Positions 29,119 to 38,427 of a stretch of 64,000 bases of DNA are shown piece by piece. Position 1 is the first letter of the stretch, and every line of letters starts with the position of its first letter. The position numbers and the translations under genes were made by a program. Location: NCBI GenBank assembly GCA_965243395.1, contig CBDEUS010000002.1, positions 768,001 to 832,000 of the forward strand, in the 5' to 3' direction. The notes under the pieces were generated by a model. The model worked only from the letters and a program-made list of their open reading frames with translations. It searched no databases and was not told the DNA's origin. Source of the DNA: Gammaproteobacteria bacterium. Its GTDB lineage: Bacteria > Pseudomonadota > Gammaproteobacteria > UBA4575.

Positions 29119-30795
29119 TTAATTGTAGTCTTCATAGAGTGAGATTAGAAAATCAACTAATGGCTGGATGTCTTTTGGTTTGATGTGGATTTTCTCGATA
29201 TCCTGGTCCGGGTTTCTTATTAAACCTTGGCGTGTATTAATGGATACTGCTAAATAAAAGCTTACTACGGCATGTAAATCACTGATTTGACCATTATGCA
29301 TGTAGGGTCCCGAGTGTCCAAGATTCCGCACACTTGGAGTTTTAAACGTTGCAATACTTCTTTTAAGAGTATCGTCTCTTGAGGTACAAATCTCATTTCC
29401 TTCAGAAATACAAACTGCGTTATATATGCTTTCTTGTGGCAGAGGGAAATCAGAGTTAAATAATATATTCCATGCACCAAGGTCTGTTGCCATAGCATTA
29501 TTTTGTGTAGGAATACTACGAAAGAGCCCTTTTCGATTTGGATGTTTAGACGTTGCAGGCAAATAAAGATCAGCCTGCTTTTCGCGTTGATTAACATTTG
29601 GAATTTTTAATTCATTGAATGTGTTTTGCCCGTGTATCGCTTCATATTCAACTTGCGTGATTCCTGTATTGTGTAAGTCAAAATCAGTGAAATGTGGTGC
29701 AGGGTGACATGCAACACAATTACCTGCTGAGGCTTCATCTTTTTCTTGTTTAGAAAAGAATATGCGCATACCTGCAAGTTGTTTTTCACCAAACTCAAAC
29801 GGTTGCTCGTCATGAAACTGAAATTTACCGTCTTCGGTATTAGGGTTTTTGGTAACCAAGGTTAATTTATTTTTTTGGTCTAGCTCATTGATACGTGTTA
29901 TTAGTTTCGCGCTATATTGCTGATGAGTTTCATCTTGCTCAGGCCCAGTGGGTAGACTATTAAGTTTCAGAAATAAATCATATGGAGAAATGATTTCCTC
30001 GTCTTGTGCGAATACGAGATCCTCGGTATAGATTGCTATCAAATTTGAAGCTGTAGAAAATACTTTTTCACAGCTTTCATTTTGTGGGTCAATTAGCAAA
30101 TCTTTTGGGATAAGAAAATCATTACTTACTTGTTTCCCGTCAGAGGTTTTCCCCGAGAATACTTCTGTATAAGAATACCCGCCAAACTCTTCAGCAAGCT
30201 CGCTTTCACCATTGTCTTCTCGTATCACTTTACATATGTGTTCCATGGCAGCAGATTCTTCGCCCGGTAGCCAACCCATGTTGCGACCTGTCAATGTACC
30301 GCGTACTAAATGATCTAGTGATGAAAACTCACCATCAAAGTGCAACATAAAATTTCTTCGCGGAAGTGATGCATCTACCAGTGCGGGACTATTTCTGACC
30401 GTGGTAACCATTCCGTCATTTCGAGCAGGCAATGGACTGCGGGAAGCAAAGTCTGCATAAGAGCGCATACCCAGTTCACTTTGTTCCAGGTGCTCGTCTA
30501 CAAGATGACAAGAGCGGCAATTAAAGCTTTGCCCTGCATAAGGGCCATCGGCAAACGGAATTTGATAAGGAGGTAATCCAAAGAAACGAGCAGTTTTATT
30601 AAGCGCTGGATCACCTTTAGTTAAAGGTGAATTAACATCACCGCCTTCATTTTGACTAACAGCGAAAAATTGTGAAAAACGAGTTTCTAAAAACAATCTT
30701 TCACCAAGCATAATTTCTGGCGGATCTAGGTCCTCAGCCTGAATGGATGGAAACACTATGCACAGTATGAGGAGGCTGAGTAGACGATTCATCAT
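29119..30795 (-). CDS. Exported di-heme enzyme of the bCcP/MauG superfamily
   Basis: LGERLFLE, CRSCH, RNSP.L, CVACH and FKTPSVRNL...GPYMHNG motifs. Confidence 0.88.
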   Translation of the reverse strand: MMNRLLSLLILCIVFPSIQAEDLDPPEIMLGERLFLETRFSQFFAVSQNEGGDVNSPLTKGDPALNKTARFFGLPPYQIPFADGPYAGQSFNCRSCHLVDEHLEQSELGMRSYADFASRSPLPARNDGMVTTVRNSPALVDASLPRRNFMLHFDGEFSSLDHLVRGTLTGRNMGWLPGEESAAMEHICKVIREDNGESELAEEFGGYSYTEVFSGKTSDGKQVSNDFLIPKDLLIDPQNESCEKVFSTASNLIAIYTEDLVFAQDEEIISPYDLFLKLNSLPTGPEQDETHQQYSAKLITRINELDQKNKLTLVTKNPNTEDGKFQFHDEQPFEFGEKQLAGMRIFFSKQEKDEASAGNCVACHPAPHFTDFDLHNTGITQVEYEAIHGQNTFNELKIPNVNQREKQADLYLPATSKHPNRKGLFRSIPTQNNAMATDLGAWNILFNSDFPLPQESIYNAVCISEGNEICTSRDDTLKRSIATFKTPSVRNLGHSGPYMHNGQISDLHAVVSFYLAVSINTRQGLIRNPDQDIEKIHIKPKDIQPLVDFLISLYEDYN

Positions 30796-30804
30796 CTTCT
30801 AAAT

Positions 30805-30823
30805 AGTAATGATTATCATTTAT
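30805..30823. promoter_or_regulatory. Fur box
   Basis: Minus strand ATAAATGATAATCATTACT: 14/19 to consensus with a perfect AATGATAATCATT core, 10 bp upstream of the start codon. Confidence 0.75.
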
Positions 30824-30852
30824 ATTTAAATAACACGTAAGGTATACAACGA

Positions 30853-30890
30853 ACTAAAAACCCCCTATTCCTATTAAGGAATAGGGGGTT
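30853..30890 (-). terminator. Strong terminator after the 488-aa gene
   Basis: 14-bp perfect stem AACCCCCTATTCCT-N4-AGGAATAGGGGGTT; T-run on the minus strand. Confidence 0.88.
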
Positions 30891-30921
30891 AGCGATGAAT
30901 CAATTTAAGGAGAATTTTACC

Positions 30922-32388
30922 CTAATGCACTGGAGTAACGGGTGGTTCAACGGTTGGATATTTTAACTTCACTTCGCCAGTTAAATTTTCAGCATCCGGA
31001 TTTTTAACTCCGCGTTCCACGTTGTAAGGATCAGTAAACACTCCGTATTCGCCAGGTTCAACAGTGTAAACAACTTCTTCTTTACCATGTCCTGCATTGG
31101 CTAAATATTTATTTGGATTATTCCAGCTTTTACCATCCAAGTTAGCGAAGAATTTGATATCAACTAACACACCATCACATAGTGGAGTGATTTCTTCATA
31201 GTTGGTGGGCCAGCCCGCAGCACCGGTGGTTTTAGGATAGTTACTCCAGTCTCCACCTTTTAACGGACAAGCGCCCCCGCCACCAAATGCTGCACGATTA
31301 GGATGATGTACACCGTAAACAGGTAGGCCCTTTGCGGCTGCCATTTGACCATTTTCTAGATGAAACCTTGGTTCATGAGTTACTTCAGTTTTTACTTTTT
31401 CATCTTGTAACGAATCAAAATATGCACCGTCGGGACGTACGTATTGAAAATCCTGATTGTCATCATTATCAAATACAGCGGTAATGAAAAGATATGGCTC
31501 ATTAAAAAAGGGTCTCTCGATTAAATAAAATTCAGCATTGGTTTTGCTTACATCTACGGCTTGCCAATCCACAGTAGATTCATCTTCGCCACCAACATTT
31601 ATCCAGGCACGTGCATCAGGAAATAAATCAACTCGCAAGACTTTTGTATATAACTCGTTAACATCTAAGCCTGCGCGTTTGCCTAATGGACCTACTTCTC
31701 CTGCACCATCCTGATTGAAAGCATAATCAATAGCTTTTTTTGCATACGGATAACGATTTGCAGACATCGTGCAATAAAAGTGAGGCAAATCAATAGGCAC
31801 ATGATCAGCATATTTACCTTTATATTTTGGATGATTAAGGGTTAAGTCGACGAAGTTTAAACTTCCATCTTCTGCAACTTGCTGGTGTGGATGTTTATAA
31901 CCATCCCAACTTTCTTCAGGAATGTAGCTGCTATATTGATTAGCAATCGTTGCAAGATTTTCTTCTGCAAAAAGATCCGCGTTTTGAGGTAAGCCTTTTG
32001 TACCTTTTTTGCGATATTCCCGAATAGTACCATTGTCTTGTACGCGCCATAAACCATGTTTCCCTTCGCCTACCATGGTAAATGTTTGTTCAACAATATT
32101 TACAAACCGATATGTGTAGTTTGTATTCATGTATCCAGAATAAACAGGAAGATGGGGTATTTTTGAATGAGTGGTTTTAACACGACCTAAACCAACAACA
32201 TTTTTCTGCGCATTATCTTCTTCGATGATCTGGTCTTGCGTGTAGTAGTAGGGATCATCACCGGTTAAATCGGTGAGATTTCCTTCAACAGGCAGTTCAT
32301 TTTTATCATCTGCAATTGTGCCAGGAATGTAAATTACAATTGCGATACACACTATGCAAAGTAAATATATTTTTTGCATATTTTTCAC
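30922..32388 (-). CDS. Exported 488-aa protein of unknown function
   Basis: RBS AGGAGGT, N-terminal signal peptide, no family I recognise. Confidence 0.8.
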   Translation of the reverse strand: MKNMQKIYLLCIVCIAIVIYIPGTIADDKNELPVEGNLTDLTGDDPYYYTQDQIIEEDNAQKNVVGLGRVKTTHSKIPHLPVYSGYMNTNYTYRFVNIVEQTFTMVGEGKHGLWRVQDNGTIREYRKKGTKGLPQNADLFAEENLATIANQYSSYIPEESWDGYKHPHQQVAEDGSLNFVDLTLNHPKYKGKYADHVPIDLPHFYCTMSANRYPYAKKAIDYAFNQDGAGEVGPLGKRAGLDVNELYTKVLRVDLFPDARAWINVGGEDESTVDWQAVDVSKTNAEFYLIERPFFNEPYLFITAVFDNDDNQDFQYVRPDGAYFDSLQDEKVKTEVTHEPRFHLENGQMAAAKGLPVYGVHHPNRAAFGGGGACPLKGGDWSNYPKTTGAAGWPTNYEEITPLCDGVLVDIKFFANLDGKSWNNPNKYLANAGHGKEEVVYTVEPGEYGVFTDPYNVERGVKNPDAENLTGEVKLKYPTVEPPVTPVH

Positions 32389-32422
32389 CTCCTAAATACT
32401 CTTAGAGTATTTTTTATATTTA

Positions 32423-32857
32423 TTACAATTCTCCAAGGGCGCGTTGTCCGCAATAGAAACCAAGACCACTTGATTTACTTGAGAATGTTATTTTCGCACC
32501 TTCTTCAAAGTAAAGAACATCTCCTGCTTTTACCTCTATTGTTTCACCACCCACTTCAGAAATTGTCATTTCTCCTTCAAGGATTATCTTGGCCTCATCG
32601 TAGCTGTATACGTACTCAAGTGGATTACCCTTGTCCATTCTAAAAAAGCCGCAGGTGATTGGAGCATTTGGATCATTCGATGCAACAACATCTTGAAGAT
32701 AAGCGTTAACACCTTCGATATTCAGTGATGCAATATCTTTTGATTGGGCACCTGCATGATGCTCCATTAGAGCTTTATGCGCATGGATTGAATATGATCC
32801 TAGGAGTAAAACTAAAATTACAAGTAAATAGAAATAAATAGTGTTTATTTTCTTCAT
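32423..32857 (-). CDS. EutQ-like cupin with signal peptide
   Basis: CGFFRM, Y.YDEAKIILEGE and AGDVLYF..G motifs. Confidence 0.8.
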   Translation of the reverse strand: MKKINTIYFYLLVILVLLLGSYSIHAHKALMEHHAGAQSKDIASLNIEGVNAYLQDVVASNDPNAPITCGFFRMDKGNPLEYVYSYDEAKIILEGEMTISEVGGETIEVKAGDVLYFEEGAKITFSSKSSGLGFYCGQRALGEL

Positions 32858-32982
32858 GAGCGTTCTCGGTTATTTGTTATAAATACATGGTAAGTGGAAT
32901 ACATAAGGATTACATGACAATAAACCCCTATGAGATTGAACATGTGCTTGGAATTTGTCCAGAACTCACGTAGATAGGAGCT

Positions 32983-33768
32983 ATGAATTTCAAACAAGAA
33001 CCACCCTCGACTAAAGCATTAAAACAGCACTTTATAGATGGTAATTACCAAACTATCACAGATAGTATGTTGGACTGTGTTGCGCATATGATTTTAGTTA
33101 TTGAAAACCCAACTGAAACTGTACGCATAGCACTGAGTTATTTAGGAAGTCATTTAGATACATGCAGAGCTGATGCCGGGTTTGCAGTACCTACGGATCG
33201 AGAGTACACACCTTTAGCAGAATACTGCAGTGAGGATTCAAAACCTCCGTCAGTAGCTGATTTTGTAATTTCTAATCAGCATGAAGTTATGCAACGTGTA
33301 TGGCGTAGTCGTATACCTGTTAAATATGAATATATTGCAACCAACCCTCAATTAATAGAAGTTCGTGACATACTTGATGCGATCAATAGTAAATCAATGA
33401 TGCTGCAACGCTTAGTGTGGGATAAAGATCCTATAGGAATTACATGTGTCGATCATACTTTAAAAGAACACGAATGGGATGACACAGAAGTAAACTTTAT
33501 GCACCAATTTTGTACAAAGTTTTTTGCACCTCTTGCAGGGATTAGTAACTATTGGCATAACCCTACTATGCATCAAATGTTTAAAAAGCCTAGTGAGTCA
33601 GAATTAAATGCGATTCGTTTAGCTGCGGAAGGCTTAAGTTATAAAAAGATCGCAGAAGAATTAAATAAATCAGTACGAACAATTGAAAATCAACTTCGTA
33701 ATGCGCGAAGCAGATTGAATGCAACTAACCAAGCAGAGTTAATTAAAAAATGTGAGCCTTGGCTTTAA
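32983..33768 (+). CDS. LuxR-family regulator with GAF-like sensor domain
   Basis: C-terminal AEGLSYKKIAEELNKSVRTIENQL HTH; RBS AGGAG. Confidence 0.85.
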   Translation: MNFKQEPPSTKALKQHFIDGNYQTITDSMLDCVAHMILVIENPTETVRIALSYLGSHLDTCRADAGFAVPTDREYTPLAEYCSEDSKPPSVADFVISNQHEVMQRVWRSRIPVKYEYIATNPQLIEVRDILDAINSKSMMLQRLVWDKDPIGITCVDHTLKEHEWDDTEVNFMHQFCTKFFAPLAGISNYWHNPTMHQMFKKPSESELNAIRLAAEGLSYKKIAEELNKSVRTIENQLRNARSRLNATNQAELIKKCEPWL

Positions 33769-33769
33769 A

Positions 33770-34003
33770 TTATTTTTTTTTGTAAGAGTTCCAAAACAAC
33801 ACATATCCTGCAAATAAAGCGATTAAAAGTACGATTAGGGATAATGCTTGATTTAAATTCAGCATTGGAAGGTTAATGATGATGACCGATAGAAATATTA
33901 CCAGCACGAGTGCAATTCTATTGCGTTGCCAGGGGCGCATATTTATTTGGTAAATTGTTGAGGGGTAGTGCTCAAGCTTAAAAATTTTCAACTTGCTTGG
34001 CAC
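33770..34003 (-). CDS. Small 2-TM membrane protein (likely start 33940)
   Basis: Two hydrophobic helices and a basic C-terminus. Confidence 0.5.
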   Translation of the reverse strand: MPSKLKIFKLEHYPSTIYQINMRPWQRNRIALVLVIFLSVIIINLPMLNLNQALSLIVLLIALFAGYVLFWNSYKKK

Positions 34004-34084
34004 TTTCGGTTACAAGATCTTGAAAGCTTTTCATTATTTAAGAATTTACGACTTAGGTTAACAATATTTTGTTAACCCAAAGCG

Positions 34085-34762
34085 CTAGGTTCCAGGAAAT
34101 GTTTTGTTCGCTCGCAGACCCTGTTCAACTGCAATCACAGCGGCTTCAACACGTGAGTGAATATTGAGTTTTCTTAATATCGCTTTAACATGCAACTTCA
34201 CAGTGCCATCTGATATTCCCAAATTTCGTGCAATTACTTTATTGCTTTGGCCTTCAGCCAATAAACTTAAAATTTCTCGCTCTCGAGGTGTGAGATTATC
34301 AAGTGGACTTGGTTCAGGTTCTAATGGATCTTCACCTTTTACGACTTTAGCAAGAATTTGTGTAAGATTGGGCGCCACTACAGTTTCACCCTGAATAATT
34401 TCACGCAGGGCAGCCACAACATCATCAGGTTCCATATCTTTCAGCAGATATCCCTTTGCTCCATTGCGTAAAGCTTCAACCAGATCTCTTTCGTCCCCAC
34501 TCGTTGTCAGCATGACAATAGGGGACTCAAACTTTACTTGCTGAAACTGTTTGAGTACATCTAAACCACTCATATTCGGCATACGCATATCCAGCAGGAC
34601 AATATCAGGTTTAAGCTCTTGGGCCTGACGAATGCCTTCACGCCCATCCCCTACCGAAGCCACTACTTCGATTCCATGACGACCGAGAAGGGTCTGTAAT
34701 CCTTCGCGAAAAAGGGTGTGATCATCGATAACGACGATACGTAGCGGTATTTCCACAGTCAT
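34085..34762 (-). CDS. NarL/NarP-family response regulator
   Basis: DDH.LFREG, GYLLKDMEP and LTPRE...SNKVIAR.L.IS.GTVKLHVK motifs. Confidence 0.93.
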   Translation of the reverse strand: MTVEIPLRIVVIDDHTLFREGLQTLLGRHGIEVVASVGDGREGIRQAQELKPDIVLLDMRMPNMSGLDVLKQFQQVKFESPIVMLTTSGDERDLVEALRNGAKGYLLKDMEPDDVVAALREIIQGETVVAPNLTQILAKVVKGEDPLEPEPSPLDNLTPREREILSLLAEGQSNKVIARNLGISDGTVKLHVKAILRKLNIHSRVEAAVIAVEQGLRANKTFPGT

Positions 34763-34768
34763 ATTCTT

Positions 34769-36175
34769 TTAACTTATATTTTCGTTTTTATTGATATTTT
34801 GCAGATTTATATCTTGCAGGTCATCGGGTAAATAATCAAATTCCAGGCGTACTTGAACACCTTCTCCGGTATCGCCATCAATGCTTAGTGTACCACCAAT
34901 TCTATTCGCACGGTCTTGCATCACGCTGAGGCCCACATGTTCTCCTGCAGTATTCTGTTTTTGATGCTCGGATATTCCTATACCGTCGTCCTCAATTAAT
35001 ACAGTGAAATGACCATTCTTGTCGCCCCGCATCCAGACACGAACTACATTTGCTTCACTATGTTTACGTGCATTGGTTAGTGCTTCTTGGATGATTCTTA
35101 AAACTTGTAACTCAATTTGTGCGGGTAAGGCAATATCGGGCCACTCTTTTTGCAGATAGATCTGAGTATCGTCAGAGTCTTGTTTAAAACGTTCAACAAT
35201 TTGTTCAACAGAAGCAATTAAACTATGTTCACTTATGGGTACGCGAAAATGAGCGATTAAGGCACGTAATTCAGAGTGTGCTTCATCAATTGTAGTTTCT
35301 ATACGTTCGAGTTCTTGCCAAGTTGCTGCTTCATCTCCTTGATGGATGGTTTCATCCAATACGCGAACTTGATATTTCACACTAGCAAGAGTTTGAGCCA
35401 ATGAATCGTGCAGTTCATTTGCAAAACTCGTGCGTTCGTGCACGATACTTAAAGCATTTGCTTCGTTATCTAAACGCGCTTTTTCTACAGCGATCCCAAG
35501 ATGTCTTCCGATGCTTGTAAATAATTCTTCGTATTCGCTTCTACTTGAAAATCGATTTTCATCAATATATATATTATAAACACCCAATATATCGCCTCTG
35601 TATTGCAATGGTACAACCAGTATCGAAAGTTTTTTACCATCGAAATAGTTATCTAAAATCTCTTTTGGACAAGGGATGATGCTCACAGGAATGGTTTGTT
35701 GTTGATCTGAATTATTATTTTCTTCTGGTAATTGTGGGTGTTGATTACTGAATTCATTGCTTAAGCCAATTTCAGAAATAAGTAAGCAGGTATTTTTTTC
35801 AGATTTTAAATACACGGTCGCAGCGTGTGCATTTGCAAGTTCGGTCATGGTATGCAAGAAATGTGTGAGCAGTGTATGAATATCTCGCGTCATATTAATG
35901 CTCGTGACTACATCGTAGAGCGTTTCAAGTGATTTATTTTTTTGTGCAATATGCTCAGTATGTTTTTGTAGTTGTAACTCAGCTCCACGGGATAATGAAT
36001 TCAACATTTCGGCTACAAAATTAATATCTTGGCAAAGCTCGGATATTTCACTATTTTCCGCAATAGGTATTCGCGCAGAGAGTTCTCCTGCACGGATTTT
36101 TTGAGTCCATAAACGCAGTGAAGATAAGAAATCGTTTACAGTTTGTTGGGTTGTAGATTGCAGATCTTGTTGCAT
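34769..36175 (-). CDS. Soluble NarX/NarQ-like histidine kinase (HAMP-like, GAF, HisKA_3, HATPase)
   Basis: ER...ANELHDSLAQ, QEALTNARKHS, DDGIG and GLSVMQDRA motifs; no TM segment. Confidence 0.9.
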   Translation of the reverse strand: MQQDLQSTTQQTVNDFLSSLRLWTQKIRAGELSARIPIAENSEISELCQDINFVAEMLNSLSRGAELQLQKHTEHIAQKNKSLETLYDVVTSINMTRDIHTLLTHFLHTMTELANAHAATVYLKSEKNTCLLISEIGLSNEFSNQHPQLPEENNNSDQQQTIPVSIIPCPKEILDNYFDGKKLSILVVPLQYRGDILGVYNIYIDENRFSSRSEYEELFTSIGRHLGIAVEKARLDNEANALSIVHERTSFANELHDSLAQTLASVKYQVRVLDETIHQGDEAATWQELERIETTIDEAHSELRALIAHFRVPISEHSLIASVEQIVERFKQDSDDTQIYLQKEWPDIALPAQIELQVLRIIQEALTNARKHSEANVVRVWMRGDKNGHFTVLIEDDGIGISEHQKQNTAGEHVGLSVMQDRANRIGGTLSIDGDTGEGVQVRLEFDYLPDDLQDINLQNINKNENIS

Positions 36176-36239
36176 GAAATTGTTTTATTTTTAGTACTTA
36201 TTTTTATTATACGCATTATATTGCGTAAGAACTGCTAAC

Positions 36240-37016
36240 TTATTCCCAAATACTCTTCAGATAAGTGCTTCCTCCCAATAACTTGATTTGTTCTTCAATA
36301 TGTAAAGTGCGTAGCTGGACATATTCAGATGGCTGGGAGGCATGCATTGTGTGCGGGTTGGGTAATACAGCTGCTAGAGTTGATGCTTCGTATTGCGTGA
36401 GTTGTAAGGCTGGTTTTTTATAATGCATAAATGCTGCATTTTGAGCACCAAAAATATTAGGACCAAATTCTGCAACGTTTAAATATACTTCTAAAATACG
36501 CCACTTAGGCCATAAGGTTTCAATCAGTAATGCAAAATAAGCTTCTAAACCTTTTCTTAATAAACTTTTCTTTGGCCAAAGGAAAACATTTTTAGCTACT
36601 TGTTGAGTAATCGTACTGGCGCCACGTAATGTTTTACCTGTTTTATTTTTTTCTAATGCTAGTTGGATAGCTTTAAGATCAAATCCATAATGGACTGGAA
36701 ACTTTTGATCTTCAGCAGCAACTGCTGCAATTTGTAAATGCGGTGAAATATTGTCAAGCGATACCCAGTTAATTTTATAAGGCACAAAATCAGTCGCGAT
36801 CCGTTGTACGATCATAAAGCTTGTGTACGGCGGGTTAATCCAGCGCATTGACAGCGTTAACAGAAAAGTAATACCAACAAAAACGAAGATTAAATTTCTT
36901 ATCCACTTCAATAAACGTTTTAGCGCGTAGAGTGGTGAAAAGAAAATATTTTTCCTGCTGGAACGTTTTTTTCTGTATTTAGGCTTTCTTCTTTCAGTAT
37001 AAATGTGCAGGCTCAT
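36240..37016 (-). CDS. mtgA: Monofunctional peptidoglycan transglycosylase
   Basis: EDQKF..H.GFD, RGASTITQQVAKN, RK..E and RILEVYLN motifs. Confidence 0.93.
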   Translation of the reverse strand: MSLHIYTERRKPKYRKKRSSRKNIFFSPLYALKRLLKWIRNLIFVFVGITFLLTLSMRWINPPYTSFMIVQRIATDFVPYKINWVSLDNISPHLQIAAVAAEDQKFPVHYGFDLKAIQLALEKNKTGKTLRGASTITQQVAKNVFLWPKKSLLRKGLEAYFALLIETLWPKWRILEVYLNVAEFGPNIFGAQNAAFMHYKKPALQLTQYEASTLAAVLPNPHTMHASQPSEYVQLRTLHIEEQIKLLGGSTYLKSIWE

Positions 37017-37260
37017 GGTGTATCAATATATAGACAAAATAAGCTATGACTCAAAGTCTAGACCTTAACTTGGGCTATCTTATTTTGAGAACGTTTAAAA
37101 TCGATATAAAACAATAGATTATAGTATTTATCGTCTCCCAGCATGGCTTTAGCAAGGAAGGGGGCAGTGGTATAATACGGCATGGCTGGATCTGCCTCAT
37201 GGCTGTATATCGTAAAAGCCAAATAAAACCATATAAAAATATTTCATAGGAGTAATGAAA

Positions 37261-37350
37261 ATGGATGAGTTTGTAAAAACGATGCTAGTAGTGGCGGCAA
37301 TGGTAATCCCCTGCATCATTTTAGCTGTTGCTATTATCGGCAAATTTTAG
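37261..37350 (+). CDS. 29-aa single-TM small protein
   Basis: Not in the ORF track. AGGAG 8 nt upstream; MDEFVKTMLVVAAMVIPCIILAVAIIGKF*; extended -10 TGGTATAAT at 37168; hairpin at 37372-37395. Confidence 0.6.
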   Translation: MDEFVKTMLVVAAMVIPCIILAVAIIGKF

Positions 37351-37439
37351 CCACCGGCCCGAATCTGTACTAGGCGCGGTATTCATTCGCGCCTAAGTCG
37401 CAGATAATCAGTTCTTTATAGTTTCTTTCTTCATTAAAT

Positions 37440-37790
37440 TTGATTCGTTCTAATTTGAATTTAAAACGTTCCCGTTTACTTGTACTTAGCATGCTGAGTA
37501 TAAGCGTATGTAGCGCTTGTTTATCCTTACCAAAATCAAATGAGGAGGTACAGGCAAAGTATAGCCACACAGAGCTTAGCGCAGGCAAACATTACTTGGC
37601 TTATAGTGGTGAATTATCGATGACCTTGGAAATCGCGAGTGAAAAGTGGTTAGCTAAAGCAGAGAAGTTGTGTAAGTCCCGTGAATTTGATTATGAGTTC
37701 GATAAAGAAGAATTTCGCGGTAGAGATTTTTCTGAAAATAAATACCCATACATTGAAGGGAAATTATTCTGTAATAAGCCAGAAGTCTAG
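37440..37790 (+). CDS. Putative lipoprotein
   Basis: Basic N-terminus, hydrophobic stretch and CSAC lipobox-like motif. Confidence 0.6.
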   Translation: MIRSNLNLKRSRLLVLSMLSISVCSACLSLPKSNEEVQAKYSHTELSAGKHYLAYSGELSMTLEIASEKWLAKAEKLCKSREFDYEFDKEEFRGRDFSENKYPYIEGKLFCNKPEV

Positions 37791-38012
37791 CGTTTTTTCT
37801 TAATTAATTTTTTTTAAACTCAAAAATTAAACTATTGTTAGCTGACAATGGTTTACGTCGTACTTTTATCATGGCCAATTAAATTGATTCTCGGCATAAG
37901 AAATTTTTGTCGAAAAGTCAGATACTTTGATTTACAATTATTTAACATTTGAGCGATTCAAATGTCGAAGTTGGTAATAATAATTATTGAATGAGAGAGT
38001 TGGAGTTGGATT

Positions 38013-38375
38013 ATGGCTATATGGTCATCACGTGCGAAAAAAAGCGATTCGTCTAAACGAGCGCAATTAAATACTGTAACGAAATCTTCGACCAGTCCCT
38101 ATCACTGTGTTGAGATAAAGATGTCATATAATGCTTGCGAAGAAGTATTAAAGCTTTATGGCAAGCGTTATTTATCTGCTGAAGCCCCATTATTGCCGGT
38201 CGCAGGGTGTGACCAACAATGTAAATGCAAATTCAAGCATTATGAAGATCGACGTCATGAAGATCGTCGGGATGCTTTTAGTTCCAGTGGAATTCATTTC
38301 AGTGGTGAAAAAAATCGCCGCTTGGGAGGAGACAGACGTCGTAACTCTGAAAGCTACCGCTATGGCTTAGGTTAG
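38013..38375 (+). CDS. Cys-containing hypothetical protein with DRR repeats
   Basis: AC...APLLP..GC...CKCKFKHYEDRR..DRR motif. Confidence 0.75.
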   Translation: MAIWSSRAKKSDSSKRAQLNTVTKSSTSPYHCVEIKMSYNACEEVLKLYGKRYLSAEAPLLPVAGCDQQCKCKFKHYEDRRHEDRRDAFSSSGIHFSGEKNRRLGGDRRRNSESYRYGLG

Positions 38376-38427
38376 TTGCTGATCAAAGCATAAGCCGGGT
38401 TTGTGTAGGTGTAAATCTTCAGGCATC

